From the NCBI GenBank assembly GCA_964478065.1, contig CAYZGP010000003.1, positions 1,684 to 65,683 on the forward strand: a stretch of 64,000 nt of DNA, in the 5' to 3' direction. The stretch comes from an uncultured Pirellulaceae bacterium (GTDB taxonomy: Bacteria; Planctomycetota; Planctomycetia; Pirellulales; Pirellulaceae). Below the pieces are notes generated by a model that was not told the origin of the DNA, ran no database searches, and saw only the letters and a program-made list of their open reading frames with translations. Of this stretch, positions 1 to 9,764 are shown in pieces; position 1 is the first letter of the stretch, and the number at the start of each line of letters is the position of its first letter. The translations under genes were made by a program, and so were the position numbers.

Positions 1-1845
1 AATGCCAACGCTGTTGTCGGTGCGGCCATCGCGATTAGTATCGTTGTTTGCAAGACCGCTTTCGACGATGTCAAATACGCCGTCGTTGTCGCTGTCCAGA
101 TCAAGCCGATCAACATATTCGTCTCCGTCGGTGTTGACTTGGCCGAATCCGTCAATGTTTACGTAAGCACTGTTGACTCCATCGTTTTCTGCATAGGTCG
201 CTGCGTCATCATCGTTGGGCGCGATGTAGTCTGCGGTTGTTTGAGCTTCGATGTTGTCAGTGATGCCGTCATTGTCACTATCGAGATCCAGATGATCGGC
301 GATGCCATCGTTGTCACTGTCGGTTCCATTCTCGGCAGTCGTGATCGCATTAGTGAAGTTACTTTGGCGGAAACCAAATCCGAATCCAGCCGTGCTGGCC
401 GCATCGTTCAGTAGCTCGACCTGGAAACGGCTGGTATTCAGGAAGTTCAACTGGATGTCGTCATCAGGATTGTTGACGGTACCACGGAAGCGAACAAAGT
501 CGTCTTCGATCTCGGGAGTGAAACTGCCGCCATCTTCCAACGTATAAGAGTGCAGCGTGGAAAGGTTCGCACCAATTCCTTCGATGCGTTTGACGCTATC
601 GCCGCTTAGCAACGTGTCATCGACATCCCCGAGTCGGATGCTTGTCGTGTTTTCAACAGCCGTTCCATTGCCCGCTCGAATCAACTCAGCAATATCGCCC
701 AGATTGTTTGCTGCTGCAAAATCGGGATCGTCAGGGCTGAAGAATGCGAATTCGAGGCGCACACGTTCTTCGTCACCCAGACGCTCTCCAACACCGCGGA
801 ATTCGATCTTGGGCGATTCGCCCGGACGGGTTGTTTCGGCATTAATCTGAGCGCCGTCGGCAATATCGACGACCGTCACGGCAATCAGATCTTCCCCATC
901 GTTCATGCTGTAAACGACCACATCGCCGACTTCGAGATCGACTTCCCGGTCGTTGTCCGGGTCATCCCCATCCTCGACAACGATTTCACCATTGAAGGCG
1001 TTGGTTGTCGCAAATCCAAAGATCGCATCGGCTCTGAATTCTTTAAAATTCTGGTGGCTAAACTGGCCCGCACTGGCACCCAACCCTTCATCGGCATCCA
1101 GGATTCCATCGTTGTCATCGTCGAGATCGTCCTCGTCGTCCACGCCGTCACCGTCGGTGTCGGCCAAGGTTCCAAGATAAGACTCCGCGGCCAGTGATTG
1201 CGTCTCCACGACACCAACATTCAATTCCAAGTCCCAGTCACCCCCCAGCTCCGCCGCACCAGTCAAATCATCAGACGCCGCGACATCTGCACCGGTAATC
1301 GCGCTGATCGATTCGACAAACTGCTCGCCTTCTGCGTTACCCGCTAGGTCGCAACCGTAGAACAAGAGGTCGGCGTCTTCGGTAAGTGCGTCTGACCAAC
1401 TTGCCAACTGATCAACGTACTTGTTTAGGTTTTCGCTGTTCAGATTTGTGTTACCGAGAAAAACTTCTCCCTCATCACCATGCGAAATGATGTGAATCGA
1501 ATCGTACTTGACCGTTGATTCAGAGAGCAACTGTGTTATCTGTTCGACACCATCGGTGTTCCCATCAAGGATACGAACTTCAAAGTTCCCTTCTGGTTTT
1601 GCCTCAAGAATTTCGGCAAGTAATTGCTCGCTATTCTCAACACCAGCGTCAACGAAAATGAGCTCGCGTGGCCCACGCAATTCGGCTTGTTGCATGGGTT
1701 GAACATGCGCTGGAATTGGATCCGTTGCGTCGTTCTGAGGCAATATAAAGGTTGCATCCGGAACACCGTCGAAGAGAACTCGATCTTCAAGCGATTCAAA
1801 AAGCGAACGGAAAACGAAACCACTATCTTGATTTGGTAAGTGCAT
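1..1845 (-). CDS. Giant secreted/surface protein, 3'-partial: LEPRxLL-like N-terminal motif, DUF4347 domain, TSP3-like acidic Ca-binding repeats
   Basis: Not in the ORF track because it runs off the left edge. Manual translation from ATG 1845 gives [27 protein letters not shown]...[17 protein letters not shown]...[15 protein letters not shown] (DUF4347 hallmark IFVD...HIISHG). Later come [44 protein letters not shown] and [16 protein letters not shown]. The frame is open to position 1. Confidence 0.88.
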   Translation of the reverse strand, partial: MHLPNQDSGFVFRSLFESLEDRVLFDGVPDATFILPQNDATDPIPAHVQPMQQAELRGPRELIFVDAGVENSEQLLAEILEAKPEGNFEVRILDGNTDGVEQITQLLSESTVKYDSIHIISHGDEGEVFLGNTNLNSENLNKYVDQLASWSDALTEDADLLFYGCDLAGNAEGEQFVESISAITGADVAASDDLTGAAELGGDWDLELNVGVVETQSLAAESYLGTLADTDGDGVDDEDDLDDDNDGILDADEGLGASAGQFSHQNFKEFRADAIFGFATTNAFNGEIVVEDGDDPDNDREVDLEVGDVVVYSMNDGEDLIAVTVVDIADGAQINAETTRPGESPKIEFRGVGERLGDEERVRLEFAFFSPDDPDFAAANNLGDIAELIRAGNGTAVENTTSIRLGDVDDTLLSGDSVKRIEGIGANLSTLHSYTLEDGGSFTPEIEDDFVRFRGTVNNPDDDIQLNFLNTSRFQVELLNDAASTAGFGFGFRQSNFTNAITTAENGTDSDNDGIADHLDLDSDNDGITDNIEAQTTADYIAPNDDDAATYAENDGVNSAYVNIDGFGQVNTDGDEYVDRLDLDSDNDGVFDIVESGLANNDTNRDGRTDNSVGI

Positions 1846-2392
1846 GCATCTGAGCCTGAAAAGAGATTTGAAAAGCGCAATGGTTGCGGGTGCGCATGTG
1901 TCGCTGGAGCGATAACGACTGAGATATCGAGATTCGTAGAGTGGTAGCTAGAGAGTGTTATCCCTACTGGCGAGACGTTGGTTGCCCATGCTGGAGTCAC
2001 AAAAAACCATGATCAACGACTGACCATTTTCAAACGTTCAATTGCTCCAAGCTTTTAGTTGACGAGAACAATGTTGGTTTACCGCAATCTGGCCTCAATG
2101 TGTCGGGCGAACCTTTTTCAAAATGAATAGATGTTGCTTGTTAGAAGAGCGCGAATCATCTGCCAAAACAAGCGAGTTCCGTTTTCCCCTTTTCCTAAAA
2201 GTTGTGGCGACACGACTTCTAAAGTGTGCTTGCCTTCGTCGCTTCGGTTGGCTGCTTATCGTCTGCCGTTGGATCGGTTTACCCTATTCCTGATGTTTTT
2301 TGGCTACGACTTGTTCGGATTGTGCCGAATACGACTGTGACTCATGTCGTCAAGCTGCCCAACCCGCAATTCATTCTTGTCCAAGAAAAGTA

Positions 2393-4234
2393 ATGTATTC
2401 ACAAATTTCCTCGAGTCGCTGTCGATCTCCGTTTGGATATCTGCTGCTATCCATGCTGACGCTATTGGTTTCAATGCAGACTTGTCTAGCACAACAAGCC
2501 GAATTTAAAAGCTTCGATGCAAACGCTATTTATAGGCAACTTGACGCAAATTCTTTTGCTTCACAACAAACCACGTTAATGCCGTCTTGGTGGGACAGCC
2601 ACGTCGCACGATCACTTCGTGATCAGCAACCAATTCCGACGGACGTTCACACGCTGCTGTTTTTGGCAGTACACAATTCCAATCAAATCAAGATTGCAAA
2701 ACGCGACCCTTTGATTCGTGAGACTGCCGTTCAGGAAGCCGATTCAAATTTTGATTGGGTGAGATATCTCAATACGGCTTGGAATGATACTAGCGAACCG
2801 ATTAGTAGTACGTTGACCGCTGGCGGCACAGCAACTCGGTTCAACGACAATATCTTTCAAGCCACAGGCGGTTTGCGGCGACTGACTCGCTATGGCGGCC
2901 AACTAGACATCAGCCAGCGATTCGGGTGGCAAGATAACAACTCAACATTCTTTGTTCCCGACAATCAAGCAACGGGACAGTTCACTGTTTCTTATACGCA
3001 TCCCTTGTTGCGGGGCAACGGATTTGCGTACAACAACAGCATCGTTTTCTTGGCCAAAATCGACACTGAAGTCGCGGAGCAGGAGTTCATGGCCGCTCTG
3101 CAAGACGAATTGCTCGAAGTGACACGCGGCTATTGGGCACTTTATCTGGAGCGAGCGGTACTGGCTCACCAGATGCGACTTTTTTTAAAAACGCAGCAGA
3201 TCTTTCAAACGCTTGAAGCCCGGCAAGCCGTCGATACTCAACGGACACAATTGATAACTGCTTCAAGTGCTCTGGAAAGCCGTCGAGCAGATCTGATTCG
3301 GGCACGTACTGCTGTGACCAACGCAGAAACGAGATTGCGAGGTATGATCAATGCTCCAGAACTGCAAAACTCGGATCAAGCCGAATTAATCCCATTCGAA
3401 ACTCCTTCTATAAGCCTCTACGAAACTGACTTGAATACAGAAATTCAGGCAGCGCTACAGAATCGCCCAGAAGCCAAAGCAGCAATCAAACAAGTAAAAG
3501 CTGGATCGACTCGGTTAGGAATTGCCCGACACGAATTGTTGCCAGCGCTAAACCTTGTTACGCAGGGATTCGCCAATGGACTTCGAGGGGATAGCGATTT
3601 TGGACAAGCCTTCACAGATCAGTTCTCCGTGGGCCGGCCAAGCTACTCCGTCGGATTGCAATATGAGTTTCCGGTTGGAAACCGACTCGCCAAAGCCCGC
3701 TTATGCCGGCGGCAACATGAACTTGCACAGTTGCAGGATGAATACGCTCGAGCATTACAAATCATAACAACTGAAGTAGATATCGCAGTTCGCGAGCTTC
3801 GCACTTCCTATCTGGAAATCAATGCCAAAAGCAGAGCTCTCGCGGCCGCAGAAGCCGAAGCCAACACGATTGAACAACGTTGGTTAAGAATGATAGACGG
3901 TAACGGAACGGGCGGGCTCAATCTCGAATCGTTGCTGCGATCGCAAGAACGAGTCACCGAAGCCGAACGCGAGTTTGTGACTTCGATTCTGACTTACAAC
4001 TTGGCAATGATCAATCTGAAACGGAGTAACGGCACGCTGCTCCAAACAGAAAACGTGCAGGTGTCTTCCAGTTGTGAAAACGGATGTAAGTCAATCGAAC
4101 TTGATAAAGCCGAACCAGCTGCCGAGCAACCAATCTATCAAGAGGTTGTCCCAAATAGTGCAAGCGGTGTGATTGTAGATGAAACCGTGATTCAAAGTGC
4201 ACCTCAAGGAGCGATTCCTTATTTTCGCCAATAA
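2393..4234 (+). CDS. TolC-family outer membrane channel, paralogue 1
   Basis: OEP-type helical repeats with a signal peptide (MYSQ...LLLSMLTLLVSMQTCLA/QQ). ATG 2393 is preferred over TTG 2300. Adjacent to MFP genes. Confidence 0.85.
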   Translation: MYSQISSSRCRSPFGYLLLSMLTLLVSMQTCLAQQAEFKSFDANAIYRQLDANSFASQQTTLMPSWWDSHVARSLRDQQPIPTDVHTLLFLAVHNSNQIKIAKRDPLIRETAVQEADSNFDWVRYLNTAWNDTSEPISSTLTAGGTATRFNDNIFQATGGLRRLTRYGGQLDISQRFGWQDNNSTFFVPDNQATGQFTVSYTHPLLRGNGFAYNNSIVFLAKIDTEVAEQEFMAALQDELLEVTRGYWALYLERAVLAHQMRLFLKTQQIFQTLEARQAVDTQRTQLITASSALESRRADLIRARTAVTNAETRLRGMINAPELQNSDQAELIPFETPSISLYETDLNTEIQAALQNRPEAKAAIKQVKAGSTRLGIARHELLPALNLVTQGFANGLRGDSDFGQAFTDQFSVGRPSYSVGLQYEFPVGNRLAKARLCRRQHELAQLQDEYARALQIITTEVDIAVRELRTSYLEINAKSRALAAAEAEANTIEQRWLRMIDGNGTGGLNLESLLRSQERVTEAEREFVTSILTYNLAMINLKRSNGTLLQTENVQVSSSCENGCKSIELDKAEPAAEQPIYQEVVPNSASGVIVDETVIQSAPQGAIPYFRQ

Positions 4235-4671
4235 ATCTCCAAGCGTTCAAACCGAATTCGCTTGATCGAATGGCTTGATCGAAATCGATTGACCAGAAAT
4301 CAATTGACCCGGAATTCAAACAATCGAATCAACTGGTACCAACGACTTTGGCTCACATATCTACAAGTAGCGACATGGCCGCCAAGCTACTCCTTTTGGG
4401 TTGCATGTTTTTCCCAGTGCTAGCACTCGTGTGCTTGAACCAGAAATAGAAGCCTCGCAAATACCCTATCTTTCTTGTTTTGTCGGAAATGAATTGGTTA
4501 GGAATTCGTGCGGCGCCGATGAATATTCATAAGCTGGGGCATTTCTAAAGCCCTTGCGACCCGAAAAAACATGGATCAGTGTGAGCCCAATGAGCAAATT
4601 CTCGCTTATGGAAAATCCCCAGCACGCCATTCAATCCTTTCCAGAGCTACTTCTCCCTTTACGAGACCGCA

Positions 4672-6600
4672 ATGTCTAATGCTGTTGCTGCCAACAGGAA
4701 TGCTGGGCCACAAAAGCGCGCCGCAACAACGCGCCGAAATAGCCGTTTAAAGCGTTCGTCTTTGAACGCTTGGCAACATCAAATTCGGAACTTCGAGAGC
4801 CTCGCGTCCAGGTTAACTGAGCAACAGATACGCGATCGAGCCCAGGAGATCCGAGAATCTTATGGCGAACACCAACGGGAGAAACATCTCTTTGAATTTG
4901 GTGGATTAATTGCGGAATCAGTTTTCCGAGCCAACGGTTTCCGCCTCTATGATGTTCAAATAAAAGCGATGGCCGCAGCGACGACCGGGGCCATTGTGGA
5001 AATGCAAACCGGTGAAGGCAAAACCATTGTCACCGGCGCAATCGCCGCAATTCAATCGCTGACCGCACCGTCGGTTCATGTTAGTACGACCAACACCTAT
5101 TTAGCGGGTCGAGATCTTGAAAGCCTGACCGGAACATTTGACCTGCTTGGCATCAGTTATGGTTTGCTTCCAGAGGAAAACGACGAAGCTGAATCGCGTC
5201 GTGTCTACACCAAGCAAATCGTTTATGGCCCAGGTTATCAATACGGGTTTGATTATCTTCGCGATCAAATGTATCTCCGCGACAATCGTCAGTCGAAGCT
5301 TGGTGTGGCGACCATCAACCGGATTCGAGGGCTTGATCCTTACAAGAAACTTATCCAACCACGAGATCATCATGTAGCGCTGATTGACGAAGCCGATAGT
5401 GTGATGATTGACGAAGCGATGACTCCGTTGGTCATCAGTTTGCCCACCAAGGAAACGGAAGATCCGACCCCTTATTTGATCGCCAAGAAAATCGCATCGA
5501 ACTTTACTGAAGGAATCGAATACACGATCACGTTTCCTTCAAAGAAAATTGATGTTACCGACAAAGCCAACCAGCTTGCTCATGATGAGATTGCCAACAA
5601 GCACGATTTGCATCTCGCCCGGCCATGGCGAGTTTACATCGTCAATGCTTTGCGAGCCGAAAAAGCGTTTTTACGGGATGTCGACTATGTTGTCGTAGGC
5701 GGCGAAGTCCAGATCGTTGACCAGTACACTGGCCGCATTCTTCCAGATCGAAGTTGGCAGGATGGACTTCACCAAGCCGTTGAAGCCAAAGAAAACGTTC
5801 CCATCCAACCCGGTCGTGAGTCGACCACTCAGGTTACGCGCCAACGTTACTTGCAAATGTACGATCAGCTTGCTGGTTTGACCGGAACAGCGGCTTCGGT
5901 GAGCAAGGAATTTCAATCGATTTATAATTGCGGCGTTGTCGAAATCCCGACCAATAAAAAGTGTCTTCGAAAGATTTTAAAAACACGATTTTTTGCAAGC
6001 CTTGAAGCCAAATTGGCTGCCATCACCGAGGACGTTTTAAAGCGGCATGCAACTGGCCAACCGATTCTGGTCGGTACAAAAACGATTCGCGAAAGCATCG
6101 AAGCCTACGATTGCCTGGTCGCAAAAGGACTGAGTCCAACGTTGCTTAACGGCGTACAGGATCAAGAAGAAGCCGATATCGTTGCTCAAGCCGGTGCCGC
6201 CGGTTCCATTACCATCGCGACCAACATGGCAGGACGAGGAACGGATATCAAAATCAGCCCTGCGTCGCTTGATGCAGGTGGTCTGCATGTCATTGGAATT
6301 AGCCCCAACAGTTCCAAACGAATCGATCGTCAGTTGGTTGGAAGAGCAGCACGACAAGGCCAACCTGGATCAGCACAGTTTTTTGCTGCCGCAATGGACC
6401 CAATTTTTGTTGATAACGAATCACCGCTTTGCAAACAACTTCGTCGGCGAGCCAACTCAAAAGGTGAAACGGGTGACTTTTCACGAGACCTTAGTGCACT
6501 CCAATCTCTAATTGAAGCTCGTAATTTCAAACAAAGACAAGACATGATCCTTCGCGATATTTGGATGGACTCAGTTCGCGAATCAATTGAAAAAGACTAA
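4672..6600 (+). CDS. secA: Secondary, C-terminally truncated SecA-family ATPase (SecA_DEAD + preprotein-binding + helicase C); not the housekeeping copy
   Basis: Motifs MQTGEGKT, IDEADSVMIDEA, VQIVDQYTGR...WQDGLHQAVEAKE, GLTGTA, GQPILVGT, IATNMAGRGTDI, GGLHVIG, RIDRQLVGRAARQGQPGSAQFF. Only 642 aa, ending just after IEARNFKQRQDM. Confidence 0.92.
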   Translation: MSNAVAANRNAGPQKRAATTRRNSRLKRSSLNAWQHQIRNFESLASRLTEQQIRDRAQEIRESYGEHQREKHLFEFGGLIAESVFRANGFRLYDVQIKAMAAATTGAIVEMQTGEGKTIVTGAIAAIQSLTAPSVHVSTTNTYLAGRDLESLTGTFDLLGISYGLLPEENDEAESRRVYTKQIVYGPGYQYGFDYLRDQMYLRDNRQSKLGVATINRIRGLDPYKKLIQPRDHHVALIDEADSVMIDEAMTPLVISLPTKETEDPTPYLIAKKIASNFTEGIEYTITFPSKKIDVTDKANQLAHDEIANKHDLHLARPWRVYIVNALRAEKAFLRDVDYVVVGGEVQIVDQYTGRILPDRSWQDGLHQAVEAKENVPIQPGRESTTQVTRQRYLQMYDQLAGLTGTAASVSKEFQSIYNCGVVEIPTNKKCLRKILKTRFFASLEAKLAAITEDVLKRHATGQPILVGTKTIRESIEAYDCLVAKGLSPTLLNGVQDQEEADIVAQAGAAGSITIATNMAGRGTDIKISPASLDAGGLHVIGISPNSSKRIDRQLVGRAARQGQPGSAQFFAAAMDPIFVDNESPLCKQLRRRANSKGETGDFSRDLSALQSLIEARNFKQRQDMILRDIWMDSVRESIEKD

Positions 6601-6701
6601 CAAGCTTTCAGGTGTAGTTGCAAAAACGAAATCCGATACGAACCCATTCCTCATTTCAACGTTGCACTTTTTATCCCCCAACCCAGAAACGGAAATTGAC
6701 A

Positions 6702-7610
6702 ATGAACCCCACTCAACCGCGAAATGTTTCGTTCGCCGTTCTGATGGTCATGACTTTTTTAAGTGCGACCGTTGTCAGTGCCACAAACTCTTTTGCACAG
6801 AATCTTCACAATGGTCGGATCACGAAGAGTTTTACCGAGCCGATAGAGAAAAGCATCGCCGCCAGTCCCGAAGTCGGCATCATCGCCGAGTCGTTTGTCA
6901 AAGAAGGCGATCGAGTTCGCGTGGGAGACCGATTGTGTGCAATCAACCACAACGTCCTCGCCGAGTCGTTGGTGATCGCGGTGGCTCGATCTGAGTCAAC
7001 GTCACGACTTGATGCCGCTACTTCCCAAATGGAGCTGGCTAAATCTCAACTTGATGCCATCGAGTCTCTGATCAAAGGCGGACATACGAACAAGTTCGAG
7101 GTCGAGCAAGCAGGTGCCGAGTATCAGAGAGCGTTTGCTGAATTCAGAGCTGCCCAAGACGAGTTGAAACTTGCGAAACTCGAAGTCAAACGAATTCAAG
7201 CTCAAATTAACGATCGCATCATCACCAGCCCAATCAACGGCTTTGTCACCGAGATCCACAAACAGCTTGGCGAAAACATCTCCAATAACGAACCGCAGTA
7301 CGCAACGGTTGTCCGGGTGGATGAATTGAAAGTTCGTTTCTATCTGGATTCAGCGACCTTGCGCTCGTCGAAAGTCGGTGACACAGTATTGGTAAAGGTT
7401 GGAAATTCAAAATTGCGAAAGCCAGCCGTTGTGACTTACGTTTCTCCAGTTATTGACCCAGACAGTGGACTCGGGGCACTGCACTGCAAAATTGATAATC
7501 GGGATTTGCAGATTCAAAGCGGAATTATTTGTTTTTGGAACGAAGACTCAAATTCCGAACCGACTTCTGCCGTCCAGGCATCACGAAAATCTCTACAGCT
7601 TAATCGTTGA
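6702..7610 (+). CDS. Efflux RND/HlyD periplasmic adaptor (MFP) with Sec signal peptide
   Basis: Lipoyl halves (AASPEVGIIAESFVKEGDRVRVGDRL; ITSPINGFVTEIHKQLGE), coiled-coil hairpin and beta-barrel VTYVSPVIDPDSG. ATG 6702 gives signal MNPTQPRNVSFAVLMVMTFLSATVVSA. Confidence 0.85.
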   Translation: MNPTQPRNVSFAVLMVMTFLSATVVSATNSFAQNLHNGRITKSFTEPIEKSIAASPEVGIIAESFVKEGDRVRVGDRLCAINHNVLAESLVIAVARSESTSRLDAATSQMELAKSQLDAIESLIKGGHTNKFEVEQAGAEYQRAFAEFRAAQDELKLAKLEVKRIQAQINDRIITSPINGFVTEIHKQLGENISNNEPQYATVVRVDELKVRFYLDSATLRSSKVGDTVLVKVGNSKLRKPAVVTYVSPVIDPDSGLGALHCKIDNRDLQIQSGIICFWNEDSNSEPTSAVQASRKSLQLNR

Positions 7611-7670
7611 ACCCATCCCCACGTCTTCTTATCGACATCGGCCTCACCCACAGGTCCAAGGTTAATTGCA

Positions 7671-9578
7671 ATGACTACTAGTGACAGCCAATCCCATCAG
7701 ACTACCAGTGTACCGGGCAAAGTCCCGTTGCATCGCAAGTATCGTCCGGCCGCTAAGCCTAAAGAAAAACCACAGAAGCTGGGACAAACCGTTGACCAGC
7801 AAGTCTTACAGGTCGTTTCTGGCAACTTCAGTGAAAACGTCGTCCGGACAAAATTTATTCAAATGGCGTTGGCATCGGCTTCTGCGATCGGAGCCTGTTA
7901 TGTTTGCAAAGACCAGCAGGATTTGTGGACTCCATCGGTTGCTGTACCAACCGCCGGCCGCGTTCCCGAGCGGCGCAGCTTTGCAGAAGAGTTTTCAGAA
8001 AAATGTGAACAGTTCACCAAGTCAACCAATGTTCAAACTGCAGTTCTGAATTCGCTGGGCGGGCTATATGGTTTGTTTGCGCCGATCCGGCCAAGGAATT
8101 CCGAACCAGAACTCTTGTTGATCGTCGTTAAGAATCAAAAAAATGCATTGTTGGCAGTTCAGGTCGTTCAAAAAATTGCTGCAGGCTTGCAGATTTGGCT
8201 CAATGGCCGTGATTCAGCCGACGCCGATTGGCAAGTCCAAGCCTTGGCGTCCATCGTCGAGATCGTTGCCAAAGTTGAAAACCAGGAAACGAACAAAGCC
8301 GCTGCAGAAGAGATTGCCAATGCGTTGGCCAATCGACTTGGGTGCAATAGCGCCGCCGTTGGCTTAAACGTCAAAGGGCGAATGAAATTGCAGGCGATTT
8401 CGGGCGTTGGCAAAATCGACCATGGCTCTGCCTCAAGCCGTGACTACCTTCAGACACTCGTCGAAAGTGTGACACGCAAGCAGCCCGGTGTCTTTCCAGC
8501 AACGAGCGAACATAACAATTTCCTGCTCCAAGCCCACAAGCAGCTTGGCTCAACCGTCCAGACCGAAGCCGTTTTCACTCAACCCCTGGTCACCGAAGAC
8601 GACGAAGTTCTGGGCTCGATTGTGCTGACCGGCCAACGTGGTTTGCTTTATTCAAGTCAATTCAAACGATTCAATGCCACCGCTGGACCGGCTTTGGCCA
8701 ATTCATTACGCGTCGTTAACAAGGTTAAGCAAACAACGCTGACCAAAACCAAATCGTATTTAAAACGAAAACTTTCACTGGCGAAACAACTGTTTATTCT
8801 CAGTGCGTTGATCGGATTTGCATTCTTGATGTGTCTTCCAATCACGTACCGAGTTCGTTGCAATTGTGTAACCGAGCCCGTGTCACGCCGTTTTGCGGTC
8901 GCTCCTTTCGATGGACAAATCACAGCAGGACACGTGGAATCTGGTGACTTGGTTACTGCCGGTCAGGTATTGGCTGAAATGGACGACCGGACGATTAACT
9001 GGGAGTTGTATGGGATCACGGCTGAGCGTCGGCAGTCTTTGATTACGCGCGACGTAGAACTTTATGATCGCAATGTGCCAAAGACGATGCTTGCTGAGCT
9101 CGAATACGATCGGTTGATTTCCGAGGAAGCGATTCTCGAATATCGACGAGACAACTTGAGTATCAAAAGCAAGATCGATGGAGTTGTGTTGAGCGGCTCA
9201 CTTGAACGTGCCGAAGCTGCTTCCGTCGAAACCGGCCAAGTCCTTTTCGAAATCGGCCCATTGAAACCAATGCGGGTAGAAGTTGCGATTCCAAGCACCG
9301 AAATTGCCCAGATCAAAGTCGGATTCGACGCGAAAATCTGGATCGATGGTCAAGAAGACGAACCGCTTGTCGGCAGCATCAAGCGAATTCATCCACGCAG
9401 TGAAACACGAGATGCCAAAAACGTTTTCATTGCGGAACTCGAATTCGACAACGAAGACGAACGGCTTCGTCCTGGCATGAAAGGCAGCGTGCGAATCGAT
9501 GGCGAAAAACGATCGCTTGGCTGGAGTATGTTTCACAAACCAATGAACTACGTTCGCTCGCGTTTGACGTGGTGGTAG
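7671..9578 (+). CDS. GAF-like domain(s) fused to HlyD-family MFP
   Basis: About 370-aa N-terminal region with GAF-like segments (ANALANRLGCNSAAVGL...; FTQPLVTEDDEVLGSIVL), one TM helix, then VAPFDGQI...VESGDLVTAGQVLAEMD, IKSKIDGVV and RLRPGMKGSVRI. Confidence 0.8.
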   Translation: MTTSDSQSHQTTSVPGKVPLHRKYRPAAKPKEKPQKLGQTVDQQVLQVVSGNFSENVVRTKFIQMALASASAIGACYVCKDQQDLWTPSVAVPTAGRVPERRSFAEEFSEKCEQFTKSTNVQTAVLNSLGGLYGLFAPIRPRNSEPELLLIVVKNQKNALLAVQVVQKIAAGLQIWLNGRDSADADWQVQALASIVEIVAKVENQETNKAAAEEIANALANRLGCNSAAVGLNVKGRMKLQAISGVGKIDHGSASSRDYLQTLVESVTRKQPGVFPATSEHNNFLLQAHKQLGSTVQTEAVFTQPLVTEDDEVLGSIVLTGQRGLLYSSQFKRFNATAGPALANSLRVVNKVKQTTLTKTKSYLKRKLSLAKQLFILSALIGFAFLMCLPITYRVRCNCVTEPVSRRFAVAPFDGQITAGHVESGDLVTAGQVLAEMDDRTINWELYGITAERRQSLITRDVELYDRNVPKTMLAELEYDRLISEEAILEYRRDNLSIKSKIDGVVLSGSLERAEAASVETGQVLFEIGPLKPMRVEVAIPSTEIAQIKVGFDAKIWIDGQEDEPLVGSIKRIHPRSETRDAKNVFIAELEFDNEDERLRPGMKGSVRIDGEKRSLGWSMFHKPMNYVRSRLTWW

Positions 9579-9764
9579 TGGAGCAATTTGGGATCCGGAA
9601 TTTGGAAACCCAAAATGGAATGCGTTAGAAACATGACGCTGCCGCCTGCCGGACGAGTTTCTGGTTGGACTGGACGAAACAACGACTAAAGGATTTGCGA
9701 ATAAAGAGTTGGTGTACTTGAGAAGATGATTGCTCACTTCGACTCCACGTTCGTTTTATAAAAA

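Noticed and set aside
1536-2000. 154-aa minus-strand ORF from the track
   Set aside because: Out-of-frame shadow over the true DUF4347 start at 1845.
2151-2165. Minus-strand sigma-54-like box TGGCAGATGATTCGC upstream of the DUF4347 gene
   Set aside because: The spacing is right but the -12 element is TCGC rather than TTGC. Too weak without conservation data.
2300-2392. Cys-rich N-terminal extension of TolC1 (CSDC...CDSC)
   Set aside because: It depends on an upstream TTG. ATG 2393 gives a normal signal peptide and paralogue 2 has no such extension.
4590-4679. 29-aa uORF whose stop overlaps the secA start
   Set aside because: No recognisable motif or RBS, and ORFs of this size arise by chance.
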